64,000 nt of DNA. It comes from an uncultured Thermoprotei archaeon. GTDB lineage: Archaea; Thermoproteota; Thermoprotei; Thermofilales; B15-G2. The stretch is taken from contig CBDUKN010000007.1 in NCBI GenBank assembly GCA_965367815.1, positions 49,669 to 113,668 of the forward strand. Direction: 5' to 3'. The notes under the pieces are model-generated. The model had not been told where the DNA came from and did no database searches. It saw only the letters and a list, made by a program, of their open reading frames with translations. The translations under genes and the position numbers were made by a program. Below are positions 49,266-58,242 of this stretch, piece after piece (positions within the stretch are counted from its first letter, which is position 1; every line of letters starts with the position of its first letter).

Positions 49266-49607
49266 CTACGAGTTAATCTCTACTTTAATCATCGGAGAGT
49301 ATATTTTCTCATATTCTTTTAGTCTTTTCTTACTTAATAAATGAATATTTATTCTATAATCATCAGTTAGAGCTTTTACAATTTTACAGTACCACTCAAA
49401 ATCTATTTTTTCAGGAATACTATTAGATACTATCAAAATATCTAGGTCAGAAGACAAGGTATAAGTCTTCCTAGCGAAACTACCCACAATATATACTTCA
49501 CAGTCCTCGAAAATCCTTCTAGCTCTTATAGCTATTTCTCTTACTATATCAAATGCCTTCTCAAAAAATTCCTTATTCCTCTCAAGTAAATCATAGTACT
49601 CTTTCAT
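49266..49607 (-). CDS. Minimal nucleotidyltransferase (MNT), putative antitoxin
   Basis: VGSFAR....SDLDILI (GSx10DxD); ATGA overlap with HEPN gene. Confidence 0.88.
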   Translation of the reverse strand: MKEYYDLLERNKEFFEKAFDIVREIAIRARRIFEDCEVYIVGSFARKTYTLSSDLDILIVSNSIPEKIDFEWYCKIVKALTDDYRINIHLLSKKRLKEYEKIYSPMIKVEINS

Positions 49608-49954
49608 AGGAATCTCCTCCTAAAGTCTCTAGCTAAGTTTAGAGCCTTTCTTGCAACTTCTTCACTATACTCTACATCCATATATCTTGAAGCAATATAA
49701 GATAACTCTATCTCCCTAAATAAATCTAAATTACACCTATAGTAGCTCACTAAACTAGAGTCTCTTGTTAACTCAAAGAGAGTTCTTAAGCTATGAGTCT
49801 TAGGGAAATCACCGTACTTCTTGTAAAGAATATACTTTAATGCGAGTTGAAAAAACTGTTCTACAAAGAACATAGTGAAACTATAATCTCTTCTCGCAAA
49901 AGCTTCTTCAGCTTCACTAAGGAACTTTAAAGCATTTCTTTTCAGAAACTCCAT
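49604..49954 (-). CDS. HEPN domain protein
   Basis: EQ..QLALK, PKTHSL..L, YIASRY; RBS GAGGTG upstream. Confidence 0.88.
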   Translation of the reverse strand: MEFLKRNALKFLSEAEEAFARRDYSFTMFFVEQFFQLALKYILYKKYGDFPKTHSLRTLFELTRDSSLVSYYRCNLDLFREIELSYIASRYMDVEYSEEVARKALNLARDFRRRFL

Positions 49955-50196
49955 TCAAACACCTCTAAGTAAACTAAATTATTTTAAGCTTATAGAAGTA
50001 TCTAATAAAGACGATGTTTTCTGAGAGGGCGGTAAGTTGATTGGTTCCAAGGGTTTTATCGAAAATAGTTGATGGTCTTCAGATCTTCATACTGGTGGCA
50101 TAAAAAGAAATATTTTCTTCTCCTAAATCATTACATATATCTTTGAGGTTAGTGAAATTTCGGAGATTGGCATAAACATTGCAGAAATCTTAGAGA

Positions 50197-50249
50197 ATGA
50201 TGAGCTAAAAGCACTGACTGCTGAAAGTGATGAAGTTCGCTAGGGCTGA
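50197..50249 (+). ncRNA. Box C/D guide sRNA
   Basis: ATGATGA-GCTAAAAGCACTGACTG-CTGA-AA-GTGATGA-AGTTCGCTAGGG-CTGA: four canonical boxes. Confidence 0.9.
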
Positions 50250-50256
50250 CAATAAA

Positions 50257-50739
50257 TCATGAGAAGAAAAGTGAAGTTAAATATTCTAGCTTCTTATGAA
50301 AAATGACTCCAATAAACCCTACAATTATTAGCGCTACTGAAATCTGAAATAAATCTTTTTCAATACCACAGTTAGCTAAATAAGCATTAACTTCGAGTTC
50401 CTCTCTTCCCCAACACCACTCAATTGAAATAAGATAATAGCCTCTCTTAGCATTATTTAACTCAGTATACAATCTTGTAACGTTCCTAAAGCACTTAATT
50501 AAAAGCAATTTATTATTCTCTATGCTATACACATAAACGTTTACAGCACCACCCTTAACAGAAATACTAATAACAATATTTCTAGCAGGCGAAAAGAAAA
50601 CATATTTATGTACAGAGTTCCTCGAAATAGAGGATACAAAAGAGGGGCCTCCGCTTTTTCCTCTTAGAACAGAAGCTATTAGCAAGGATATACCTATTAC
50701 GGCAATTATTTCAAAAACTGCCTTCTTCAAAGCTCTCAC
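50257..50739 (-). CDS. Hypothetical protein with N- and C-terminal TM segments and a beta-rich loop
   Basis: Hydrophobic termini; abuts the upstream ABC permease stop. Confidence 0.6.
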   Translation of the reverse strand: MRALKKAVFEIIAVIGISLLIASVLRGKSGGPSFVSSISRNSVHKYVFFSPARNIVISISVKGGAVNVYVYSIENNKLLLIKCFRNVTRLYTELNNAKRGYYLISIEWCWGREELEVNAYLANCGIEKDLFQISVALIIVGFIGVIFHKKLEYLTSLFFS

Positions 50740-51537
50740 CTAATCTAGATCTATTTTCTTAAAATAAATATAGGAGACTATGAGCGAAATTAAAGTCACT
50801 GACGTGAAAATAATTAAACTTGTATGAAGTTCACTTAAAGCTAAATTAGCTTTCCTTAAATATTTACGGACTAATAGAGGGTTATTGAATGCCGAAGCAC
50901 AATAAGAGTAGTGTACATAGTCAAGGGCCGCGCTATAGCAATTAGATGCTAAAGCATACTTAAACTCGGGTGGAACAGACCCTGCTAAAGGTAAAAATAA
51001 AATAGATATCGTTAAGAGAACGGTTGCAATACTGTTCTTAACTATAAGAAATATCAGTGTAGTCAAAGACACTACATACAAAGTATAGAGAGCTGTAAGA
51101 AGTACAGTTATTAGAATTGAGTGAAAGTTAATGAAGTTATCTAAGTATATTTGAGAAAATAGATGCGATGCTATGTAAGTCAGGTAAGGTGGAATTACTA
51201 TAGATATTATTTTAGAAGCAAAGAAAACTTTTCTACTAATAGGAAGCGAAAGTATATTTTTAGCAAGTTTTCTATCAATAGCATTAGACCAGCTAACGGC
51301 TGTTATCGCGACTAGAAATACAGTATATATTACTGTACTACTAGTAAATGCATTCCATATTTCTGTAAATCTCAACGAAATTACACAAAGTTCGCAAGTA
51401 TCAAATAAAATACTTGAGTTATAGTAGCTTAAAGTCGAAGAAATAAATATGACTAACATCACATAAGTTAAGACCTTAGACCACAGTGTCTCTAACTCAA
51501 ATATAAGTAAGCTAATATTTCGATTTCTCAACAGCAT
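50740..51537 (-). CDS. ABC-2 type permease
   Basis: About 6 TMs; ILSLPISRKVFFASK motif; ATG 51537 preceded by GAGGTG. Confidence 0.75.
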   Translation of the reverse strand: MLLRNRNISLLIFELETLWSKVLTYVMLVIFISSTLSYYNSSILFDTCELCVISLRFTEIWNAFTSSTVIYTVFLVAITAVSWSNAIDRKLAKNILSLPISRKVFFASKIISIVIPPYLTYIASHLFSQIYLDNFINFHSILITVLLTALYTLYVVSLTTLIFLIVKNSIATVLLTISILFLPLAGSVPPEFKYALASNCYSAALDYVHYSYCASAFNNPLLVRKYLRKANLALSELHTSLIIFTSVTLISLIVSYIYFKKIDLD

Positions 51538-52420
51538 TTTTAAACACCTCTTTAAGTCCGCCAACAGGCCTAATGTAAAAAATCTTAACTTTATCCGAAA
51601 TACTTGCCAACATTTTATTGAACTCACTATAGTTTTTAATCCTCACTTTTACTTTACTCTTAGTTACCTCAACTACTTCTCCTAAATTATGCTCTCTAAT
51701 ATAATCATATAGAACATGGACATTGTCCGCCATTACTTCATAAAACTCTGTACTATATTTTAAGTACAAGTCGCTTAAAGTACCAGAATCTATTCTTTTA
51801 CCTTTATGAATCAACACTATCCACTCACATATTTCCTCAAGTTCAGGTAAAACATGTGAAGATATGAGAAAACTAGTATCCTTCTCCTTACTTATTTTAA
51901 CAATAAAGTCCAGAAGCCTTATTCTTCTTAAAGGATCAAGATTAGACACAGGTTCATCGAGCACAACTAATTCAGGATTTCCTGCAAGAGCTTGAGTTAA
52001 CCCCAGCATTTTATACATTCCAGCTGAAAGAGTTTTTATTTTTCTATCAAAGTACTCTAAAAGCCCTATTTCTCGAGAAATCTCTTTAATTTCTTTAAAA
52101 CTAGTTCTCTTCAGTCTAGCCACATACTTTAAATATTTCTCAACAGTCAAGTTACTCGGATAATACATTTCTTCTAAAAGAAAACCTACTTTTTCTCTAA
52201 TTAAAAGACTATTTTCAGTACTATCTAAGCCTAAGACTTCTACTTTACCTGAATCCGGCTTAACGAGTCCAGCTAAAATATTTATAAACGTAGTTTTTCC
52301 AGACCCATTAGGCCCTATAAGCCCACATATACCCCTAGGAAAAACAGCATTGAATTTATTCAACGCAATAATACTACCAAATTTTTTGAATAGATCTTCG
52401 GCAATAATAATATAGTTCAC
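51512..52420 (-). CDS. ABC-2/CcmA-type ATP-binding protein
   Basis: GPNGSGKTT, LSAGM, VVLDEP, SSH. Confidence 0.92.
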   Translation of the reverse strand: MNYIIIAEDLFKKFGSIIALNKFNAVFPRGICGLIGPNGSGKTTFINILAGLVKPDSGKVEVLGLDSTENSLLIREKVGFLLEEMYYPSNLTVEKYLKYVARLKRTSFKEIKEISREIGLLEYFDRKIKTLSAGMYKMLGLTQALAGNPELVVLDEPVSNLDPLRRIRLLDFIVKISKEKDTSFLISSHVLPELEEICEWIVLIHKGKRIDSGTLSDLYLKYSTEFYEVMADNVHVLYDYIREHNLGEVVEVTKSKVKVRIKNYSEFNKMLASISDKVKIFYIRPVGGLKEVFKNAVEKSKY

Positions 52421-52469
52421 TGTCTCATGAAATTTTATATTTTAGTGCTTATATATAGTTATCGATAAA

Positions 52470-53462
52470 ATGCTTGAAGAAATTAGAAGAGATAGTATCG
52501 TTATTATTCTCTTAATACTTCCAATAACTGTAATACTTCTACATGCTCAGACATACTATAAAAGAGATGTAGATATTGACTTATATTCTTATGGTAACTC
52601 AGTAAAAGCCATAGCAAGAGACTACCATAATAATAACAGAATACTCTCTACTGCTATGGAAAAAGATATGAGAGGAAGTTACTTAAGTTATTTGCCTAAA
52701 TTTTCTTATACATCAGACCTATATGTAAGCCTTCATAGAGACTCTGGAAAATATGCTATTCACTTAAATGCTGAACATTTTGAGGCTCAGCCTTATTCTT
52801 GGCTAAAAGAAAATAAATACTTTATATATAAATTGTTTTTTGCTAAAAGCTATTATTTATTGAAAATAGAGATTCTTAAGGTGTATGATAATAAAGCTTA
52901 TTTAAAATTAACAATACTTAACTATAGCGATAGTTGTTTAGTTACAGTAAATTTAGAAACTAGAGAAGTTTTCATGAATGAGGAGAAGATAGGCTATACT
53001 TTAATGTTTTTCAAAATGTATCCCAAGTCAGGAGAAGAGTATATGACTGTAGTATTTAATAGGAGTATTAAGCGTATTAAAGTAAAGATCATAGTAAGGG
53101 GCTTTTACGATACTCCTAGAGGTTCTCAAAAGGTTTACTTAGTTAAAGATGCTTCAGGAGTTTTCTTCTTATTATATGACTATGATACTGGTGTACTGCT
53201 TTCGGGTTTCACTATAGGAGTTGAAGAAGCTTTCATTAAGGCTTTTAAAGTGAAGTACGGAGAACTCGCCCCTATGTGGGTTTACTATTTATCCATGGTC
53301 CATACATATGAACTCTATGATACTAATGCCGACTTAGGTCCTATAGATATATTCTATGAAATACGAAAATATTTTGTAAGGAACTTTCCTTTAATACTTC
53401 TCTTATTCTCACTAATTTTATCTCTCATTATTATTTATAGAAGAAAAGCTCGCCGATTATAA
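52470..53462 (+). CDS. Hypothetical surface protein (signal peptide and C-terminal TM anchor)
   Basis: N-terminal hydrophobic stretch; C-terminal TM followed by RRKARR. Confidence 0.65.
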   Translation: MLEEIRRDSIVIILLILPITVILLHAQTYYKRDVDIDLYSYGNSVKAIARDYHNNNRILSTAMEKDMRGSYLSYLPKFSYTSDLYVSLHRDSGKYAIHLNAEHFEAQPYSWLKENKYFIYKLFFAKSYYLLKIEILKVYDNKAYLKLTILNYSDSCLVTVNLETREVFMNEEKIGYTLMFFKMYPKSGEEYMTVVFNRSIKRIKVKIIVRGFYDTPRGSQKVYLVKDASGVFFLLYDYDTGVLLSGFTIGVEEAFIKAFKVKYGELAPMWVYYLSMVHTYELYDTNADLGPIDIFYEIRKYFVRNFPLILLLFSLILSLIIIYRRKARRL

Positions 53463-53574
53463 AACTACTCGACAGTTGTCGTATCACTTTTGTCTCTTGT
53501 GGATAGAAATATATTCGAGTTACTGGAAAAGAACTTGCCGTTATAAGTAGGCCGGCGGACGAGGCAGGCATCCC

Positions 53575-54980
53575 GCCGTTACTCAATGAAGGCTGGGTCG
53601 ATGCGCTGGGCTGTAACATTTAAATGTTTCAAATTGTGTCTTTTTGTATCGGAGAATGGCAGTAATGAGCCTCCCCCAGAGAGGTGAAATATATGAGAAC
53701 TAGTAGAACAGTCGTAGTTAAGAGCGTTAAACTACCAAGAAAGCTATTTAGAGTATTCGTCGAACTTGAGGGCATGTACCGCAACATGGTTGAACAGCTA
53801 GTATTCTACGCCATAGAAAACAGCATAAAGAGTTTCATTAAGCTGAAGGCAATAAAGTACCGTGAGATGAGGAGTCTTTACCCGCAACTACCTTCACACT
53901 ACGTTTACACTGCGTGTCAAGACGCTAGTACTAGAGCCAAAAGCTTTCTACGATTAAAGAAACTTGGATTAGCTAAGAAGTATCTCGAAGTCAATAAGAT
54001 TTCTATTTGGCTTGACGACCACTTATGGAAACCCAACGGACTAACGTCAGTTAAAATAGTTACTCATAAGGGATGGATTATAGTAGATTTTGAGCCACAT
54101 AAACAGTACTGGAGATATATTAATGGAGAGTGGAAGCTAGCTTCAGAAGCTAAAATAAAACTTGATAAAAAGAACAGACAGTTAGTAATCTACTTAGTTT
54201 TCGTAAAGGAAATCGAAGAATATGAGTCTAAGAGATATCTACCAGTAGACGTTAATGAAAATAACATAGCGATACTGGTTGATGGAGAAGCATATTTACT
54301 TAAAACAAACCTAAAGAAAACTATACTAGGGTACTATTATCGTAGAAAAAGGATACAAGAGAAATACGATAAAATCTACGGCACAAAATCAAGAATTAAA
54401 AGGAAGGCTATGAGGAAGCTCAAAGAAAAGAAGAAGAAAAACGATATCAAATGGAAAATAGCAAACATAATTGTCAGAACAGCCTATGAAAGAAAATATG
54501 CTATCGTATTAGAGAAATTAGGTAAAAAGGCAGCAAATAACATGATTAAGAAAATAAGGAATAAGCAATTAAGACATAGGATTTTTCAAGCATCTTTTAG
54601 GGGTATTCAGAGGGCGATTGAAGAGAAAGCTAGGGAATATGGGGTACCAGTAATATACGTAGACCCAAAGAATACTTCAAGACTGTGCCCAGTACATAAA
54701 GCACCAATAAAGTATAATGGCTCTAGAGTAGGCAGGTGCAGTATTGAAGGCGAGAAATGGCACCGCGACGTAGCTGCATGCTACAACCTCTTACTTAAAA
54801 TATGGGGCAATGGGAGCAATGCTCCAAGCCCTGTAGAGCTAAACGTAGATGGGCGGAGCTTTCCGTTCTCCGCGACCGCCACCCATGACCCCACACAGAT
54901 ACCCAAATCCGTGTGGGCGAGGCGGAAGTCCCTACCGCAGATACAATTTTAAATAAAATGAAGCGGTAGGGACAAACGGC
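53575..54980 (+). mobile_element. Non-autonomous IS607/IS200-605-type element carrying only tnpB
   Basis: Begins GCCGTTAC and ends ...GGGACAAACGG(C), an IS607-like AACGG right end; no tnpA; left end could instead be the GCCGTTA at 53537. Confidence 0.62.
53693..54952 (+). CDS. tnpB: RNA-guided endonuclease TnpB
   Basis: RuvC-I PVDVN, RuvC-II IVLEKL, VDPKNTSRLCPVH Zn-finger region, RuvC-III HRDVAACYN; RBS GAGGTG 7 nt before ATG 53693. Confidence 0.92.
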   Translation: MRTSRTVVVKSVKLPRKLFRVFVELEGMYRNMVEQLVFYAIENSIKSFIKLKAIKYREMRSLYPQLPSHYVYTACQDASTRAKSFLRLKKLGLAKKYLEVNKISIWLDDHLWKPNGLTSVKIVTHKGWIIVDFEPHKQYWRYINGEWKLASEAKIKLDKKNRQLVIYLVFVKEIEEYESKRYLPVDVNENNIAILVDGEAYLLKTNLKKTILGYYYRRKRIQEKYDKIYGTKSRIKRKAMRKLKEKKKKNDIKWKIANIIVRTAYERKYAIVLEKLGKKAANNMIKKIRNKQLRHRIFQASFRGIQRAIEEKAREYGVPVIYVDPKNTSRLCPVHKAPIKYNGSRVGRCSIEGEKWHRDVAACYNLLLKIWGNGSNAPSPVELNVDGRSFPFSATATHDPTQIPKSVWARRKSLPQIQF

Positions 54981-54995
54981 AGAGGCGACTGTGAA
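54790..54995 (+). ncRNA. Putative TnpB omega/reRNA scaffold plus flanking guide
   Basis: GC-rich stretch overlapping the tnpB 3' tail up to the right end, where omegaRNAs are established to lie; boundaries approximate. Confidence 0.5.
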
Positions 54996-55058
54996 GCCCC
55001 ACAAGCCCGGCTGGACGAGAAATTCTCCCTCCCGATGATAGTGGGAGGGGCTTGCAGA
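54978..55058 (+). ncRNA. GC-rich structured RNA (K-loop/box C/D-like) in the queT leader; 5' part probably 53549-53575
   Basis: K-loop GGCAGA-N7-GTGAAGCC; hairpin CCCTCCC/GGGAGGG; CAAGCCC/GGGCTTG. Confidence 0.45.
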
Positions 55059-55068
55059 GGTGAAAAGT

Positions 55069-55530
55069 ATGAGAAGTAGGGATATAGGTTTAACAGCAGT
55101 ATTTACGGCACTCTATGCTTTACTGACAGTAGCCTTAGGGAATCTCAGCTACAGCTGGATACAGGTAAGAGTCTCTGACGCACTACTGCCTCTCTCCTAT
55201 CTTTATGGCCTGCCAGCAGTCATAGGGGTTACAGTCGGCTGCATTGTAGCAAACTTCTTCAGTCCGGTAGGTGTAATAGACGTAATCTTTGGGTCTATAG
55301 CTAATTTAGTGGCTTCACTGCTTTCATGGAAGCTAGCATTTAAGAAAAAGACACTAGCCTGCATTTATCCAGTGCTTGTAGTGTCGGCTGTAGTGCCACT
55401 GTACTTAGCGTGGTTTTTTGGAGTACCTTACTGGCTAGTGCTTTTGTCAGTTTTCGTAGGAGAATTTATTTCCTGTGTTCTACTAGGCTATCCGCTTTTA
55501 GCGGCACTAGAGAAATACAAAAAGAAATAA
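55069..55530 (+). CDS. queT: QueT-family (7-deazaguanine) transporter / ECF S-component
   Basis: ALYA.LT....LSY..IQVRVSDAL..L, G.T.GC.VAN...G..D..FG, VGE motifs; RBS GAGGTG. Confidence 0.82.
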   Translation: MRSRDIGLTAVFTALYALLTVALGNLSYSWIQVRVSDALLPLSYLYGLPAVIGVTVGCIVANFFSPVGVIDVIFGSIANLVASLLSWKLAFKKKTLACIYPVLVVSAVVPLYLAWFFGVPYWLVLLSVFVGEFISCVLLGYPLLAALEKYKKK

Positions 55531-55641
55531 TTTTGAATAATACTTTTTACCATAGTATATTGCGTGATTATACTTAAGAAAAAGTTTTGATAATTTCGAA
55601 CCATAAAGTTTATAGGACTATTGATTTCCGAAGACTACGGC

Positions 55642-58242
55642 ATGTTTAAGAAAGCTGTCTCTAATGTAGTTGCACTTGCACTAATACTCTTGATAGCTGT
55701 GATAGCTTGTACTATAGCTTATTTCTGGATAATAGGTTACGTTCCTTTAAGATACTCTAGTTATACTCAAGAAGTTATTAAAATAGAAGGAGTAAAAATT
55801 GTAGGAAATGTAGCATACATATATGTAAGAAACCTTGGAACACAAACAGTAACAGTTACTACGGTTTATTTAAGTGATTCAAATGGGCTTATACAGTATC
55901 AGCTATCAATGCCTGTTTTTAGTAGTAGTACTGAGATATGGGGAGGAGATGTTTGGCGAGTAGATGTGGCTAAAAGGAAAGTAGTTTTAGAGTCTTCGGG
56001 CAAGATTATAAATGGGACTGATTCATGGCAGACTCTCGGTTATAGAGTGCTGTACGGTAATATTGAGGAAGAAGGTTTCTTGAAGATTTCTTCTGTAAGC
56101 GCTACTATTGATAAGTGGTCTGTGTATGGCTTAATTACGCCTACAGCAGCAATTGACTTAACTCAACCTCTCCTACTTGAAGTCAAGTTGAGAAAACTTG
56201 GAGAAAATGCAGTATACTCTCCTCATTCAGCTTGCTTATATTTACTCAGGGAGAAAACAGATCCCTATAGTACATCTAATGTATTTGCTGTTAAAATAGC
56301 TGCAGTAAAAACAGGCACAGAAGAATTACTAGGCGAAATTATTGAATATAGTATTGAAAACTGCTACAAGAAGTCAGGAAATAAAGACTCCTTAACTCAA
56401 CTTGACGGCAATGTAATGGAACTAATTCCTGTCCCTGAAGATATTACACTCGTAAATAGACATGCTAATTGGTATGACTCATTTGACTCTAATACATTTT
56501 CACGTAATAAAATGACTATTAGATCCGGAGATTGGGTATGGATCTCATCAGGATATATTAGACAAAAATATACAGGCTACTGTAGTAATGGCGTGGGAGG
56601 CACCTGCGTGGCTACAGCAAATGGAATATCTGTTTCTATAGGAAAAACTTACCGTGTCCTAGTTAAAGTACATGTAAGAATATCTAATGATAAATCATGG
56701 ATAGGGATTTACATACCATATAATCCTTCTGCTAAAAGAACTTACGAATTAGCACTTGAAAGATACGATAGAATAAATCCCAGACGTTTCCTATACATAG
56801 GCGAATATGATCAAAAATGGCGCTATAGGAATAGTTATCCTTATTATTGGTCAACTAGCTATTGGTATACGCTTTATGCTGAAGTAAAAATATTTTCATC
56901 TAAAGTAAGTATTTTCTTGAAAGCATATAGTCCTTCAGGTGATTCTAGCTATGTTAAATGGACTGATACCTATAGGGTTATAACTTCTGGATATATTGGA
57001 ATAGGTACTGGATATGCAAGTGCAGATTTCGATGACCTAATAATTGTTGAAATACCTTCAACATCACCAAACAAAGATCCTGATCCATGTTTTGTAAAAG
57101 TAACTAACCTATTTTCTGGGTGGAAAGTAGAAATAAGAGATTCGTCGGGAGCTTTAGTAGGGAGCGCTACAGCAGATCCTGAGGGAGTAGCTAGAGTGAG
57201 TGTAATTAAAAAGCCTATTATTAAGAATGGTCGCATTATAATATATGATGGAAGTATTAAAGTTTTTGAAAAACAATTTGATGAGATTGTTGGGGGAGAC
57301 GAGTATAAGGTTACAGGATATAAGCTAGTAAAGCTTAAAGTAACAACTGTTGCTGAAAAATCGAGTCTGGCTAGCTATAAGCTATTAGTTAAAGTAAGTT
57401 CTACGCAAAACATAGGTGTTAAGGTCTATGCTTATGATTGGAGTGCGTCCAATTATGTTTTAGTGTATAGTGGAAATACTCCTATAAATGAGGAACTAGA
57501 GCTTCAGAAAAACTTTGTTAATAGTAATAATGGTACAGTAAAGCTTAAACTCGAGCAGGCTACAGAGGGTAAGGTAAAGATTCAAATAGATGCCTTAAAT
57601 GTTAAAGCAGTAGTTCCTAAGTATATTACTAAGGCTATTATTTGTTCAGGAGATGCAGAGACTCCTGCGTGTGAGCTATATACGTGGAGCCGAGACGAGA
57701 ATCCAGCAGGAGTATTTCTTCTTTCAAGAAAAACTGAGGGTGTATTAAAATACTATTTCTGGGCTGGAGATAGAACAGGGGATCCTACGGCTACTGGAAC
57801 TATCTCGGCTCCATTAGGACCCTATGTGTACGCTTATTTAGCAATAGATAACATAGAGAGCAGCGAGCACAGTATAGCTATAGACTATATCAGAGCCTGC
57901 AGAGGCTCAACTATAGTAGTCAAAGGTCTAGGATCCTGCTGGACTGTAAATATAACTGATTTACACGGGAATGTTTTCTATTCGCGAATTGCAGGCGGAT
58001 ATAAAGTTGAAATAAACTTGACGGAGTATTATATTAAGTATGGTGTGCCACTACACGGACATATAATTGTAATACCTTGCAACTTGTCAGACTACAATGT
58101 TCACAGAGGCTGGGTTATTCCACCTAATGGGACTAGAGAAATAGTCGTTAGTTTGCCTTCAAGCATTAAGCCAGGAGAATATATAATTAAAGTCGTTACA
58201 AAGAAAGGTACTGTGGCAGCGATTAGAATAAAGTATGGTTAA
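55642..58242 (+). CDS. Giant archaeal type IV pilin-like/adhesin protein
   Basis: Class III signal peptide KKA|VSNVVALALILLIAV; IYVRNLG at N-terminus and IPPNG..YIIKVVTKKG at C-terminus; central ConA-like segment. Confidence 0.75.
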   Translation: MFKKAVSNVVALALILLIAVIACTIAYFWIIGYVPLRYSSYTQEVIKIEGVKIVGNVAYIYVRNLGTQTVTVTTVYLSDSNGLIQYQLSMPVFSSSTEIWGGDVWRVDVAKRKVVLESSGKIINGTDSWQTLGYRVLYGNIEEEGFLKISSVSATIDKWSVYGLITPTAAIDLTQPLLLEVKLRKLGENAVYSPHSACLYLLREKTDPYSTSNVFAVKIAAVKTGTEELLGEIIEYSIENCYKKSGNKDSLTQLDGNVMELIPVPEDITLVNRHANWYDSFDSNTFSRNKMTIRSGDWVWISSGYIRQKYTGYCSNGVGGTCVATANGISVSIGKTYRVLVKVHVRISNDKSWIGIYIPYNPSAKRTYELALERYDRINPRRFLYIGEYDQKWRYRNSYPYYWSTSYWYTLYAEVKIFSSKVSIFLKAYSPSGDSSYVKWTDTYRVITSGYIGIGTGYASADFDDLIIVEIPSTSPNKDPDPCFVKVTNLFSGWKVEIRDSSGALVGSATADPEGVARVSVIKKPIIKNGRIIIYDGSIKVFEKQFDEIVGGDEYKVTGYKLVKLKVTTVAEKSSLASYKLLVKVSSTQNIGVKVYAYDWSASNYVLVYSGNTPINEELELQKNFVNSNNGTVKLKLEQATEGKVKIQIDALNVKAVVPKYITKAIICSGDAETPACELYTWSRDENPAGVFLLSRKTEGVLKYYFWAGDRTGDPTATGTISAPLGPYVYAYLAIDNIESSEHSIAIDYIRACRGSTIVVKGLGSCWTVNITDLHGNVFYSRIAGGYKVEINLTEYYIKYGVPLHGHIIVIPCNLSDYNVHRGWVIPPNGTREIVVSLPSSIKPGEYIIKVVTKKGTVAAIRIKYG

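Noticed and set aside
49266-49954. HEPN/MNT pair as a novel defence system
   Set aside because: Very common module in thermophilic archaea; nothing unusual in size or context
50010-50195. Possible decayed ORF between HEPN and the sRNA
   Set aside because: Multiple stops and no recognisable motif; cannot support a pseudogene call
53549-53620. SRP RNA or RNase P RNA (TAGGCCGG start resembles archaeal SRP)
   Set aside because: No SRP helix 8 CAGG-GGAA-AGCA motif and no RNase P GAGGAAAGUCC motif, even after removing the element
53684-54952. Cas12f-type CRISPR effector
   Set aside because: No array or cas genes nearby; IS-like ends indicate TnpB
53565-54990. Bulge-helix-bulge intron or group I IStron explanation for the tnpB element
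   Set aside because: The ends pair (GCCGUU/AACGGC), but both possible 3-nt bulges fall on the same strand; only ~120 nt precede tnpB and I see no group I core
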